Source: Octopus bimaculoides
Lineage: Eukaryota
Assembly (NCBI RefSeq): GCF_001194135.2
Contig: NC_068982.1
Span: forward strand, 185,258,825-185,322,824
Direction: 5' to 3'
DNA length: 64,000 nt
The notes under the pieces are model-generated. The model saw nothing but the letters and a program-made list of their open reading frames with translations, was not told where the DNA came from and did no database searches. Shown in pieces: positions 38,248 through 49,009 of this stretch. The stretch's first letter is position 1, and each line of letters opens with the position of its first letter. A program made the translations under genes and the position numbers.

Positions 38248-39165
38248 GCAGTAATGACTTCCCCGAAGAGGACTTACTCTTTTCTAATGTGATCGATCTC
38301 ATTTTAAACATTGGTTTTGATTGTTACAACATTAATCAGCCAGAACCCTCTTGGCCATGCTTCTTAACCTCTTAGAATATCACTCCTTTTATTGAAGCTG
38401 GCCCAAAGAAGTGAGAAGAGCTCTTGTTGACACATTCGAGTGATCTGAAACCACTTAATAGGCCAAGAAGAGGAAGAAGAAATCATCCAGAGAGCAAAAG
38501 AAATCAAAAACCACATAGGAGACTGATATTGAAGGTAGTTGTAAAGAGGATACTGTTTTCCAGGACATCAGATCAGGTGAGAAAGAACTATTTGATGTTA
38601 GGTGAATAAACAGGAATGCAGAGACCCTTCATCATCTTTTGGAGCCACAAGAGATTTAACTGAGTCAGGATTCATGCAAACTTTCAAGATCCAAGGTCAG
38701 GTTTATCATCAGATTGGCTCTCTACTACCTCTGTCAAATGAATCACCAAAATTGGCCTTTCATTGTTTATAATCTGTATCTGTTTTCTGGTTACAAAATA
38801 AGCTACACAAAACAGGTTTTTACTTTATATACATATATGAATTGAAAACTTTCTTTTAACATTTCACTTAACATCTGTGTTACATGCTGGCATGGGTTGG
38901 AGAGTTATTAATGTAGAAAGTTGGTATCTCAGCCACTAGCAGTTGAGACCTGCATAATCCAATCTGTCCTTTTTGAGCTTTCTTCATGACTCATCTTCCT
39001 AACAACCATATTTCCAGCACTCTTCTAACCATGGCAATACTCACTCAGGTGCCGTAATTGTATGACCCCCACCTTCTGTGCCATCAGTTATCACTCTTTA
39101 TGAAACTGTTTCCTTTTGTCACTCATCCCTTATTACTTTATTTTCCAAAGAACATTTTCTTATAG

Positions 39166-39310
39166 ATCTGCCTTTGAGACTCCCCTCCTCCCCCATCATC
39201 CTTTATTGTTTGTCACTCACCGTTTCCACTTCCATGTTCCTCTGTCACTGTGCATCTCATTTCACTCACATCACATCATCTCCCTATGGTTTTATTATAC
39301 TGTTGCTCTC
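39166..39310 (+). repeat. Donor copy of a 145-bp sequence duplicated in inverted orientation at 40308-40452
   Basis: Base-by-base comparison with the reverse complement of 40308-40452 showed no mismatch. Confidence 0.95.
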
Positions 39311-39619
39311 CCTACTTCCCTTTTTCTTAGCTCTTATATGCTCCAGTGCAGTCAGTACAATGGGCAACAAGCCTTCTCCAAAACATTCAAATTACTTACT
39401 CTCCTTTTAGCTCCACTCAAGCTGAATCTTATCATTATCATGATGTCCCAGAACATACTGTGCCACATCTTGATCTTCTACTCAGTCTTTTTTCTTCCTT
39501 CTAGCATCCACTCCATCACAATAGTAGCATGTCTTTCTTGTGGTAATTGAACCATATCTACCACTTAGTCACCATACACTGCAAACTTCCCATGCCAACT
39601 CTTCTTATCTCCTTTTTGT

Positions 39620-39905
39620 TTCTCAATCTGTCCTGGTAAGAGATACCCAGGTTTGAATGTAGGCAGCATCAATTGAACAAATCATTGTTTTCTTCCAAGT
39701 TTCACTGGTGTAGATAGCTGTTGGTACAACAATAGATGAGTATAGCTGCAGCTTTATCTTCTTACTGATGGTCTTAAATCTCCATATTGGAGGAAGGTGT
39801 TGGAATACTGACCTTGCATTACTTATCCTGGTCTTGACTTCAACTTCTGCATCAACCACATTGAAAATAAAGCTTCTGAGGTATGTAAATTTAGTGATGT
39901 ATTTC
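39620..39905 (-). mobile_element. RTE/BovB-like LINE RT C-terminal fragment
   Basis: KFTYLRS..DAEVEVKTRISNARSVFQHLPPIWRFKTISKKIKLQLYSSIVVPTAIYTSETWKKT. Confidence 0.8.
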
Positions 39906-39994
39906 CCCTGAAGGAAGAGAGTATGGCTGTTTTAGTATAGACTTTCTTCCAAAATGCATCAGCTCAAATTTTCTCTCGTACAGTTGCATTTTAT

Positions 39995-42115
39995 TTTTGT
40001 CTGCCCATTGACTCACAGCATATAGATCAGACTGGAGTTGAGTTCGGTCTTCTTCTTCATTGATGATTTGCTGGAGCTTAGTGTCATCAGCAAATATTTC
40101 ACTTTGCAGTGATTTACAACGCTAGAAAGGTCATTTATGTAAATTATAAAGAGGAGCGGACCTAAGACAGTCTCCAGAGGGACACCACTGGTGACTTTTG
40201 CTGTACTTGAGTGAACTCCATCGACCACAACTTCTTGCGTTCTATTTGCCAGGGAATACTTAATCCAGTGTAGAAGTTTTCCACGGATTCCAACATTTGC
40301 CAATTTTGAGAGCAACAGTATAATAAAACCATAGGGAGATGATGTGATGTGAGTGAAATGAGATGCACAGTGACAGAGGAACATGGAAGTGGAAACGGTG
40401 AGTGACAAACAATAAAGGATGATGGGGGAGGAGGGGAGTCTCAAAGGCAGATGTCGAACGCTTTCCTGAAGTTAAGGTATATGACATCAGAGTTCGAACC
40501 TGCTTCCAAGGCTTTAAATATATTTTCAATGTGGTGTAAGAGCTGTGTTAGACAGTTCCTGCCACAGCGAAAGCCATGCTGATTTGCCTTTAGGATTTTG
40601 TGGGTCTCCAGGAAGTCAGCTATCCTTGATCTTACCTCTCTTTCAAACACTTTAATGATGTGGGTGGTGAGTGAGATTGGGTGATAGTTAACTGCGAGGG
40701 ATTTGTTTCCCTGTTTGAAAACCGGGATGACAGACTGGGATAGGAGCTGTTTCGGTATATAACCTGAGTCTAAAGAATTTCTCCAGAGGTTGGTCAGAGG
40801 GACTGCAAGTTAGTGTCTACATTCCTTCAGGAGACTAGCGGGGAATCTATCAGGGCCTACAGCAGAATAGTATTTGACCTCATTTATTGATAGTATGATG
40901 TCTGAGGCAGTGAAGGTCATGTCCAAGATTTTATGTTGGGAATCAACTTCGTTCGCTTCTCTTATGTCAATATCAGTGGGATCACTAAAGACAGAGCAGT
41001 ATTTCTGCCATTTCTTTAGCATCGTGTTGGGGAATGCTGTTATCATCGATCAAAGGCCCAATGGGTGAGACAGCGGTTCTGTTCTTATTTGCATAAGAAT
41101 AGAACACTTTTGGGTTCTGTTTGATGTTTTTGATTACCCACTGTTCCTCTGCAGCTCTTTGATTTTCAATGGAGGTTTTCATGTCAATCTGCAGATGAAG
41201 TTTTTCCAACTCCAGCCCTTTTTATTGTTGTTGAATGTGGATGTTGTATGTGGGAGTATTTTAATTGGTTGATTTTTTTATTGAGTCTTTTGATGCTCCT
41301 GATGACTTTTTTTTTCTTTTTAGGGAACTGGTTTCCGTTTGTGCTAGTGGATTTTGTAGGAGCATGTTTTGAGCATGTATAGGTGACAATGTTCTCAAAG
41401 TGTTGCGATGCGGTCTCAATGTGAGTGGAACTGACAGCGAAAGACCAGTCAATGAAGGACAGAGCCTTTCTGATTGCTCCCCAGTCTGCTTTGTGGAAGT
41501 TTATGTTGTCAAATGAGTGCCGTGGAGTGGGATTGGCTGGGTTGATTTTGATATGCTAGGAATTAAAATTGCAGAGTACCATGTTGTGGTCTGAGAGGAG
41601 AGTTTTTTCATCTGAAATACTGTGAATGGAGCTAGAGTGGTTGGTTAATATTAGATCCAAGATCATTTTATTCCGTCTTGTTGGTTCGAGCACTAGTTGA
41701 GTCAGGAAGAATTTATCCATAAGATTAAAGAGTAATTCTGCTGCTGCTTTATCTGATGTAGAGCATTCACCTAACTTCAGAGTATTTGTGGGCCAGTTTA
41801 TATGAGGGAGGTTAAAATCACCCATCACTAGTATGTTTTTGGAGTTGTATTTTTGAAGGAAGGACTTGATTTTGTCGAGGTACTCTTCAAAGCACTTTAG
41901 AGGTGCTTGGGGGTGGAGGGCTGTAAAGACCAACAATGATTATGTCTTTGGCCTTGTTGAATATTGATATGGATTCACAGTAGCCATTGGAAAATATGTC
42001 CTTGGCATCAACTGAAAAGGAATCATGGCAAAAGATGGCTGTGCCCCCTTTATTTCGGTCTGTGTGATCTGCATGGACGATAGTGAAATCTTTTATTTTC
42101 ACCTCGGCATCCATG
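39995..42115 (-). mobile_element. Decayed CR1-group LINE ORF2 (APE endonuclease plus RT)
   Basis: Endonuclease motifs RNKGGTAIF, GDFNLPHINW, LDLILTN and SDHNMV. RT motifs [48 protein letters not shown] and ADDTK, with frameshifts. Confidence 0.9.
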
Positions 42116-42168
42116 TGTGCTGTTTAGGTGAGTTTCAGTAAGGATATATATATATATATATCCTTAAG

Positions 42169-42202
<34 letters not shown>

Positions 42203-42989
42203 TTTTTATATAATATGTATATAATATATATATAAGGATTTACTTTTCGCAATGAGATAAAAAAAACGAAGGCTGTGTGGGCATACGAACACAAATATAT
42301 AGGCGTTAGGAAGGGCATCAGGCTGTAGAAACCGTGCCAAATCAGACTGGAACCTGGTGCAGCCCTTCGGCTTACCAGTTCCAGTCAAACCGTCTAAGCA
42401 GACGCTAAATGATCACACACACACACACTCATTTAAGAAATATGTATCACGTAATAAAAAAGTAAATATATGTTCAACAAATACGAATAGGTATGTCAGT
42501 ATGTGTACGTATAGGAATAAACTGTACAAGCGTATATCTGTTTACAAGCTTCTACTTTTTTCCCATGTAAGTGATGGTATCTATGTAAATATGCCAAGAT
42601 TTTTCTGCCTGTGTGTATGTATGCACCACAGATTCGGTATTATTGTGTGCCACACACCAATCTGTGTTAACGCTTATCTATTTGGTGCATAAATGCCGGC
42701 ATCTACGTAAGTGTGTAAGTGTGTATGCTGCTCTCGAGATGTATGTGCGTATGTTTTTTTTTTAAATTCCTGTGTCTATGGTGTTTCTTTGACGAATGTG
42801 TATAAGCTTTCGTATATGTGCTGCTCTCGAGACGTGTTCAGTTTTATTTATGTGTATGCCACTCCCTGGCTGACTGCGCATACACACTTACATACGCATG
42901 TGCGTTTATGTTGCTCTCTCTAGACGTATGTGCTAGTTTCTGTAACGCTCAAGAAATATGTGTACATTTTTATATGATTATGTATAGGC

Positions 42990-43190
42990 GCGTGTGTGTG
43001 TATGTTTGTGCGTACATGTATATATATGTGTGTGTATGTTTGTGCGTACATGTATATATATGTGTGTATGTTTGTGTGTACATGTATATATATATATGTG
43101 TGTGTATGTGTGTGTATGTTTGTGCGTACATGTATATATATGTGTGTATGTTTGTGCGTACATCTATATATATATGTGTGTGTGTATGTT
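42990..43190 (+). repeat. Compound minisatellite (about 35-bp unit, about 5 copies) upstream of UGP2
   Basis: Repeated GTGTGTATGTTTGTGCGTACATGTATATATAT. Confidence 0.85.
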
Positions 43191-43869
43191 CCCCTGTTGG
43201 ACGTGCGCAGTACTATTGAAGGGCAGATAACCGACCTTCACCTTATACAGAGGACGGTATCACCTTGACATATCGACGTCGTCCGCCACCCCAGCTGCCT
43301 CATTAAATCTGTAGGCAGTTGCTGTGTCGTTGGCATAACACTCTTTCTCTAAACACATCGAAGCCAACTACTAAGTTTAGCTGGTGGCAGATAGATAACC
43401 GATTCTGGAGGACTACATACTTTTTCGTTAGGCAAGCTAGCATTTGACTACTTTTTATTTATCGAAACCTCCCCTAATTCATCGATGTTAGTAGCCGTCT
43501 TCACACCCACAAAAAAAAAAAAAAAAACATTAATGTCCTCTCTTCTTACCGTTTTATTAACATGTTTTGAAAGATAAACTTTATTTCTGACTAATATTGG
43601 ACACAGCTTTTTCTGCATCGTTTCGGAAGACATAAAGAAGCAGCAAGGAAACAGTTGTTGATAATTGTGCTCTATCATTATTCTGAAGTACTACGTGTCG
43701 AGTCTCTTTCACAGCCTGCCTTCTGACAGTAGACTACACAGTGATAATTAATTCCCTTCATTCAACACCAACACATTATAAGGACATCTTTTTTAATCAC
43801 TCTTCGCTGATCCTCTCGGATTTATAGTTATAGCTGTCTTGTTTATTAACTGTTGTTGATAGAATCAAC

Positions 43870-45396
43870 ATGGCCAACACAGCTTTCGTAAAGGGTCACC
43901 GACGAACGTCAAGCGACATAGAATTCAAGGAGTTGATACGGAGAGATGCTCAATTAGCAATGCATAAGGAACTAACCAAATTAATACAAACTGCTCCTCC
44001 AGTCCAACAACCTAAAGTGAAAAATGAACTTGACCGCTTCCAGATTTTGTTCGAAAGATACTTGCAAGAAGCGGGTACATCGCTAAACTGGGAAAAAATC
44101 AAAGTGTTACCTGACGATGCCATAAAAAACTACAACGAAATCCAGCGAACAGAACTGACAAATATGAAGAACATGTTAAACAAACTTGTGGTCCTTAAAT
44201 TGAACGGAGGTCTTGGCACCAGTATGGGTTGCCAAGGTCCTAAAAGCGCCATTTCTGTCAGGAACGACCTTACTTTCCTTGACATGACAGTTCAGCAAAT
44301 TGAGTATTTGAATAAATCGTACGATGCCGACGTACCTTTGGTGCTCATGAACTCGTTTAATACAGATGAGGATACAGAAAAGATTTTAGGGAAGTACAAC
44401 CAGATCAAAGTACGTATTTACACTTTTAATCAAAGTAAATTTCCGAGAATTAACAGAGAATCTCTTTTGCCAATACCGAAATGCATGGCGACCGTTGGTA
44501 CCGACGGTACACCTAGTTGGTATCCTCCAGGGCACGGTGATATTTATGAGAGTTTTGCTGCAGCTGGTCTTCTAGAAGAGTTTATAGAAGCAGGTCGAGA
44601 ATATGTATTTGTGTCGAACATCGATAATTTGGGAGCTACTGTTGACCTTCATATTCTGAACCATTTAATTAATCCTCCAATGGGAGGAATAGCACCCGAA
44701 TTTGTTATGGAAGTTACCGATAAAACAAGAGCTGATGTCAAAGGTGGTACTTTAGTAGATTACGATGGTAAGCTAAGGTTACTGGAAATTGCCCAGGTAC
44801 CCAAGGAACATGTTGACGAATTTAAAAGTGTGAGTAAATTTAAAATCTTCAATACAAACAATTTGTGGATTAAGCTGAATGCTTTGAAAAGAGTCATAGA
44901 TGAACGAACACTACATATGGAGATTATTGTTAACCCTAAAACACTTGATAATGGAATTAATGTAATTCAGCTGGAAACTGCCTCAGGTGCAGCCATCAAA
45001 AGCTTTGAAGGGGCAATCGGCATAAACGTACCAAGAAAGCGGTTTCTTCCAGTGAAAACTACATCTGATTTACTTCTGGTGATGAGCAATTTATATAAAA
45101 TGAGAACTGGGGCTTTAGAGATGAGTCCTCAACGCTCCTTCCCATCAGTGCCGTTAGTTAAACTTGGTATCCAATTCCAAAAAGTGAAGGAATTTTTGCA
45201 GAGATTTGCCAGCATCCCAGACATGTTGGAACTAGATCACCTCACTGTGTCTGGTGATGTAACATTTGGTAAATCTGTCAGTCTGAAAGGAACTGTTATA
45301 ATTATAGCCAACCACGGTGATCGTATTGATATTCCGACAGGAGCTTGTCTTGAGAACAAGATTGTTTCAGGTAACTTAAGAATCTTGGATCATTGA
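43870..45396 (+). CDS. UGP2: UTP--glucose-1-phosphate uridylyltransferase (UDP-glucose pyrophosphorylase), 508 aa, CDS without introns
   Basis: Uninterrupted ORF with the eukaryotic UGPase motifs KLNGGLGTSMGC (nucleotide-binding loop), WYPPGHGD, SNIDNLGA, KIFNTNNLW, RFLPVKTTSDLLLVMSNL and C-terminal beta-helix ending LENKIVSGNLRILDH. Start context is ATCAACATGG. Confidence 0.98.
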   Translation: MANTAFVKGHRRTSSDIEFKELIRRDAQLAMHKELTKLIQTAPPVQQPKVKNELDRFQILFERYLQEAGTSLNWEKIKVLPDDAIKNYNEIQRTELTNMKNMLNKLVVLKLNGGLGTSMGCQGPKSAISVRNDLTFLDMTVQQIEYLNKSYDADVPLVLMNSFNTDEDTEKILGKYNQIKVRIYTFNQSKFPRINRESLLPIPKCMATVGTDGTPSWYPPGHGDIYESFAAAGLLEEFIEAGREYVFVSNIDNLGATVDLHILNHLINPPMGGIAPEFVMEVTDKTRADVKGGTLVDYDGKLRLLEIAQVPKEHVDEFKSVSKFKIFNTNNLWIKLNALKRVIDERTLHMEIIVNPKTLDNGINVIQLETASGAAIKSFEGAIGINVPRKRFLPVKTTSDLLLVMSNLYKMRTGALEMSPQRSFPSVPLVKLGIQFQKVKEFLQRFASIPDMLELDHLTVSGDVTFGKSVSLKGTVIIIANHGDRIDIPTGACLENKIVSGNLRILDH

Positions 45397-45423
45397 ATCG
45401 TAACAGTAATGACATATACAGTG

Positions 45424-45429
45424 AATAAA
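45424..45429 (+). terminator. Candidate polyadenylation signal (AATAAA) for UGP2
   Basis: AATAAA about 28 nt after the stop codon. A genomic A21 run follows at 45508-45528. Confidence 0.4.
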
Positions 45430-45708
45430 AACATTTACAATTGTGTATATCTTTCGATTGGTTTTAATGACCAGAAAAATCTATATATATCTAGAGGCCA
45501 AAATATTAAAAAAAAAAAAAAAAAAAAACCCTCCTCTCCAGTATTATTTGTACCCCAACCTCTTATGAGGAAGAAAAAAAAAAGAAAAACAACCGACAAT
45601 AAGCAAAATACAATAATTATGTGGTCCGTGTGATGAAGGAAAGAAATCTCCGTGTAATTCCTCCATGACTGTAAGATCTGCTGACAGTTATATTCTGCTT
45701 TCTTTTTT

Positions 45709-45743
<35 letters not shown>

Positions 45744-45981
45744 ATCTGATCGTATTTAGAATTAGTTGTTTTTTCTCTCCAGTAGAATGTGCAGGGGTAA
45801 TTTGTATTATTTCCTCTAGTCACTTTGTGATACTAGCTGCTGCTGTCCCACTCAAGCACACTGTCAGAAGAAAAGCAACAACAAACTTCATCTTTCAGTC
45901 CACACACTCACAAGCACGCAAGCAAGCTGTTTGTTAGCCCCTCTCTCTAGCTATTTACCTATCTCTTTCTCTCTGCCTGTG

Positions 45982-46012
<31 letters not shown>

Positions 46013-46259
46013 ACATACATGCATATCTATCTTTCTATCTGATGGAAGGGCAGTTTATGAAACACACATACACATTTTAAACACAAACACAGAAAGAAAA
46101 AAGAAAATTGCTGTTTAAAATACAAAACCATGACGTCTCCCAGAATAAACAACACTGATTATTTTCCAATCTGTATGATATTTCAGAATCATTTTCAATT
46201 TTGTCGGTTTAAAACTCAGTTAAATAAAATATTTGAAATTTTTAAACAACTTACTGAGT

Positions 46260-46618
46260 ATCTTTTGTCTTTCGTTTCAATTCATAGATTGCAGCCATGC
46301 TGGGGCACCACCTTGAAGAATTTTTGGTTGAATGAATCAACCCCTATACTTATTTCTTTTAAGCCTGGCACTTATTCTATCAATCTCTTTTTGCCGAACC
46401 ACTAAGTTACAGAAATGTAAACACACCAACATTGGTTGTCAAGTGGTGGTGGGGGACTGACACAAAACACGCATGCACACACACACAAATATATGATAGG
46501 CTTCTTTGAGTTTCCATCTGCCAAATCCAATCACAAGACTTTGGTTGGCTTGAAGCTACACGGGAGCTGAACCCAGAACCATGTGGCTGGAAAGCAAGCT
46601 TCTTACCAACCAGCCACT
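46260..46618 (-). mobile_element. SINE family A, near full length, downstream of UGP2
   Basis: Tail TCTTTT..GCAGCCATGCTGGGGCACCACC, central (CA)n, head CATGTGGCTGGAAAGCAAGCTTCTTACC. Confidence 0.8.
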
Positions 46619-47141
46619 ATAATGTGTGAAGCAATTAAGGCAGGATTGCTGTCTAAATGTGGATCAGTCAGTTATGGGACCATATATATAAATATATACA
46701 TAATCATCATCATAATTATTTTAATGTCCACTTTTTCATACTTGCACGAGTTGGATGGAATTCCTTTGAGGCAGATTTTCTACAGCTGGATGCCATTCCT
46801 GTCACTAACCCTTACCTATTTTCAACTAAAATAATATTTCCCCACAGAAGATTAGAAACAGAGGACATCACTTACATAATGGAGACATATTCGCATGATG
46901 TCAAGGCTAGGAGACACTAACATGTACACACAGACTAGTGGCTCTTCTTTTCTGGAGCTACTGTAACTGTTGAGCATATGAACAGATAGGCTGCTTGTCT
47001 CTCTTGAATTGGTCAAAGTCATGAAGACGCCTCTGATGAGAATCAAATGAAATGACAAAATTAAGGTTGTTCATATATATATATATATACACATATATTT
47101 GTATATGTGTATATATGTATTTGTGTATATATATTTGTGTG

Positions 47142-47172
<31 letters not shown>

Positions 47173-47333
47173 ATGTATATATGTGTGTATGTATATATGT
47201 GTGTATGTATATGTATGTATGTATGTATATATATATGTGTGTATGTATATATATATGTGTATGCATTTATATATGTATGTGTATATATATATATATTTGT
47301 CTATATGTATGTGTATATATATATTTGACTATA

Positions 47334-47882
47334 TCATCATCATCATTTAACGTCTGCTTTCCATGCTAGCATGGGTTGGACGATTTGACTGACGACTGGC
47401 AAGCCAGCAGGTTGCGCCAGGCTCCAATCTGATCTGGCAGAGTTTCTACAGCTGGATGCCCNNNNNNNNNNNNNNNNNNNNNNNNNNNNNNNNNNNNNNN
47501 NNNNNNNNNNNNNNNNNNNNNNNNNNNNNNNNNNNNNNNNNNNNNNNNNNNNNNNNNNNNNAAGTTCGAAGGTTGTGCTTCACCACCTCATCCCAGGTTT
47601 TCCTGGGTCTATCCCTTTCACAGGTTTCCTCAACTGCTAGGTTGTGACACTTTTTCACACAGCTGTCCTCATTCATTCGCAACACATGACCATACCAGCA
47701 CAGTTGTCTCTCTTGCACACCACATCTGATGCTTCTCAAATCCAACTTTTTTCTCAGGGCGCTTACACTCTGCCGTGTATGCCCACTGACATTACACATC
47801 TATCGGAGCATACTGGCTTCATTCCTTGCAAGCTTATGCATGTCCTCAGCAGTCACAGCCCATGTTTCACTGCCATGTAGCA
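47334..47882 (-). mobile_element. RTE LINE 3' end spanning an assembly gap
   Basis: [61 protein letters not shown], with (CAT)n tail at 47334. Confidence 0.9.
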
Positions 47883-47884
47883 TG

Positions 47885-48231
47885 GCTATACAAATATATA
47901 TATACAAATATATATATATATATATACAAATATATATATATATATATATACAAATATATATATATATACCTATATACAGATATATATATATATACAAAAA
48001 AAAATATATATATATATATACAAATATATATATATATACAAATATATATATATATATACATATATACAGATATATATATATATATATACATATACAAAAA
48101 TATATATATATACATATATACAAATATATATATATATACATATATACAAATATATATATATATACATATATACAAATATATATATTTATACATATATGCA
48201 AATATATATATATGCTTACACACACACACAC

Positions 48232-48263
<32 letters not shown>

Positions 48264-48265
48264 GC
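47885..48265. repeat. Long compound (TA)n/(TA)nCAAA microsatellite
   Basis: About 380 bp of TA repeats punctuated by CAAA/CAGA/CATA. Confidence 0.95.
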
Positions 48266-48990
48266 AAGTCAAGTCTTAAGTGATGTCCCTCAGGGAACTG
48301 TTCTTGGGCCATTACTGTTCATCATAGCTGTCTTAGACATGTCCACAGTCACTCGGTCTGCCACTGTCAGTAGCTATGCCGATGACACAAATTTATCACA
48401 GGCAATAAAAAACCAAGAGGATCTCAGAAGCTTATAGTAGGACCTAAACTCAATATACAAATGGGCCGAAATAAACAACATGCAGTTTACTGCTGGAAAA
48501 TTTCAAGCACTGCAGTTTCAACTCAGTACAAATACTGTACGATCTACATTTACAGGACCCGAAGGCACTACAATCCCAGAGTGACAGTCAGTGAAAGACT
48601 AGGGGATCAGTATGTGCAATGACGCATCATTTCATATGCAGATAAGCAAGACAGCAGCAAAGAGCAGGTAACTAGCAGGATGGATACTGAGGTCCTTCAA
48701 GACCAAGAAACTATGTTGACCCAGTGGAGAACATTTGTTCTCAGCCACCTGGACTACTGTTCCCAGTTATGGTCACCACATAGTTCCAAACTAACAGAAG
48801 AGCTTGAAGCAGTCCAACGCCACTATAAAGATTGAAACAGTGCAGTGGATGAGCTATATGGATAAGCTGAGAAAACTACAGCTCTACTCCCTGGAGCGAA
48901 GCCGAGACTGATATGCAATAATATACATATGGAAAATCCTAGAAGGGCTAGTATCTAACTTTTGCATTGAGTGTTATATAAATGCCAGGA
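48266..48990 (+). mobile_element. CR1-group LINE RT fragment, same subfamily as 36070-37168
   Basis: [32 protein letters not shown] and later ..LDYCSQLWSP, with stops and frameshifts. Confidence 0.85.
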
Positions 48991-49009
48991 CAAGATTCCA
49001 AGGGAGAGG

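Noticed and set aside
42726-42935. CRISPR-like repeat-spacer periodicity
   Set aside because: Eukaryotic context, only three imperfect copies, long spacers and no cas genes.
43500-45545. Target-site duplication around UGP2 (A-run plus TCCTCTC at about 43511-43545 and 45508-45540)
   Set aside because: The match is only an A run and a 7-mer with different spacing. It is too weak to call a TSD, so retrogene origin is not proven by flanks.
36070-48990. Similar 5' truncation points of two CR1-group copies (36070 and 48266)
   Set aside because: The starts differ by tens of bases, one abuts a microsatellite, and the copies are well diverged, so coincidence is sufficient.
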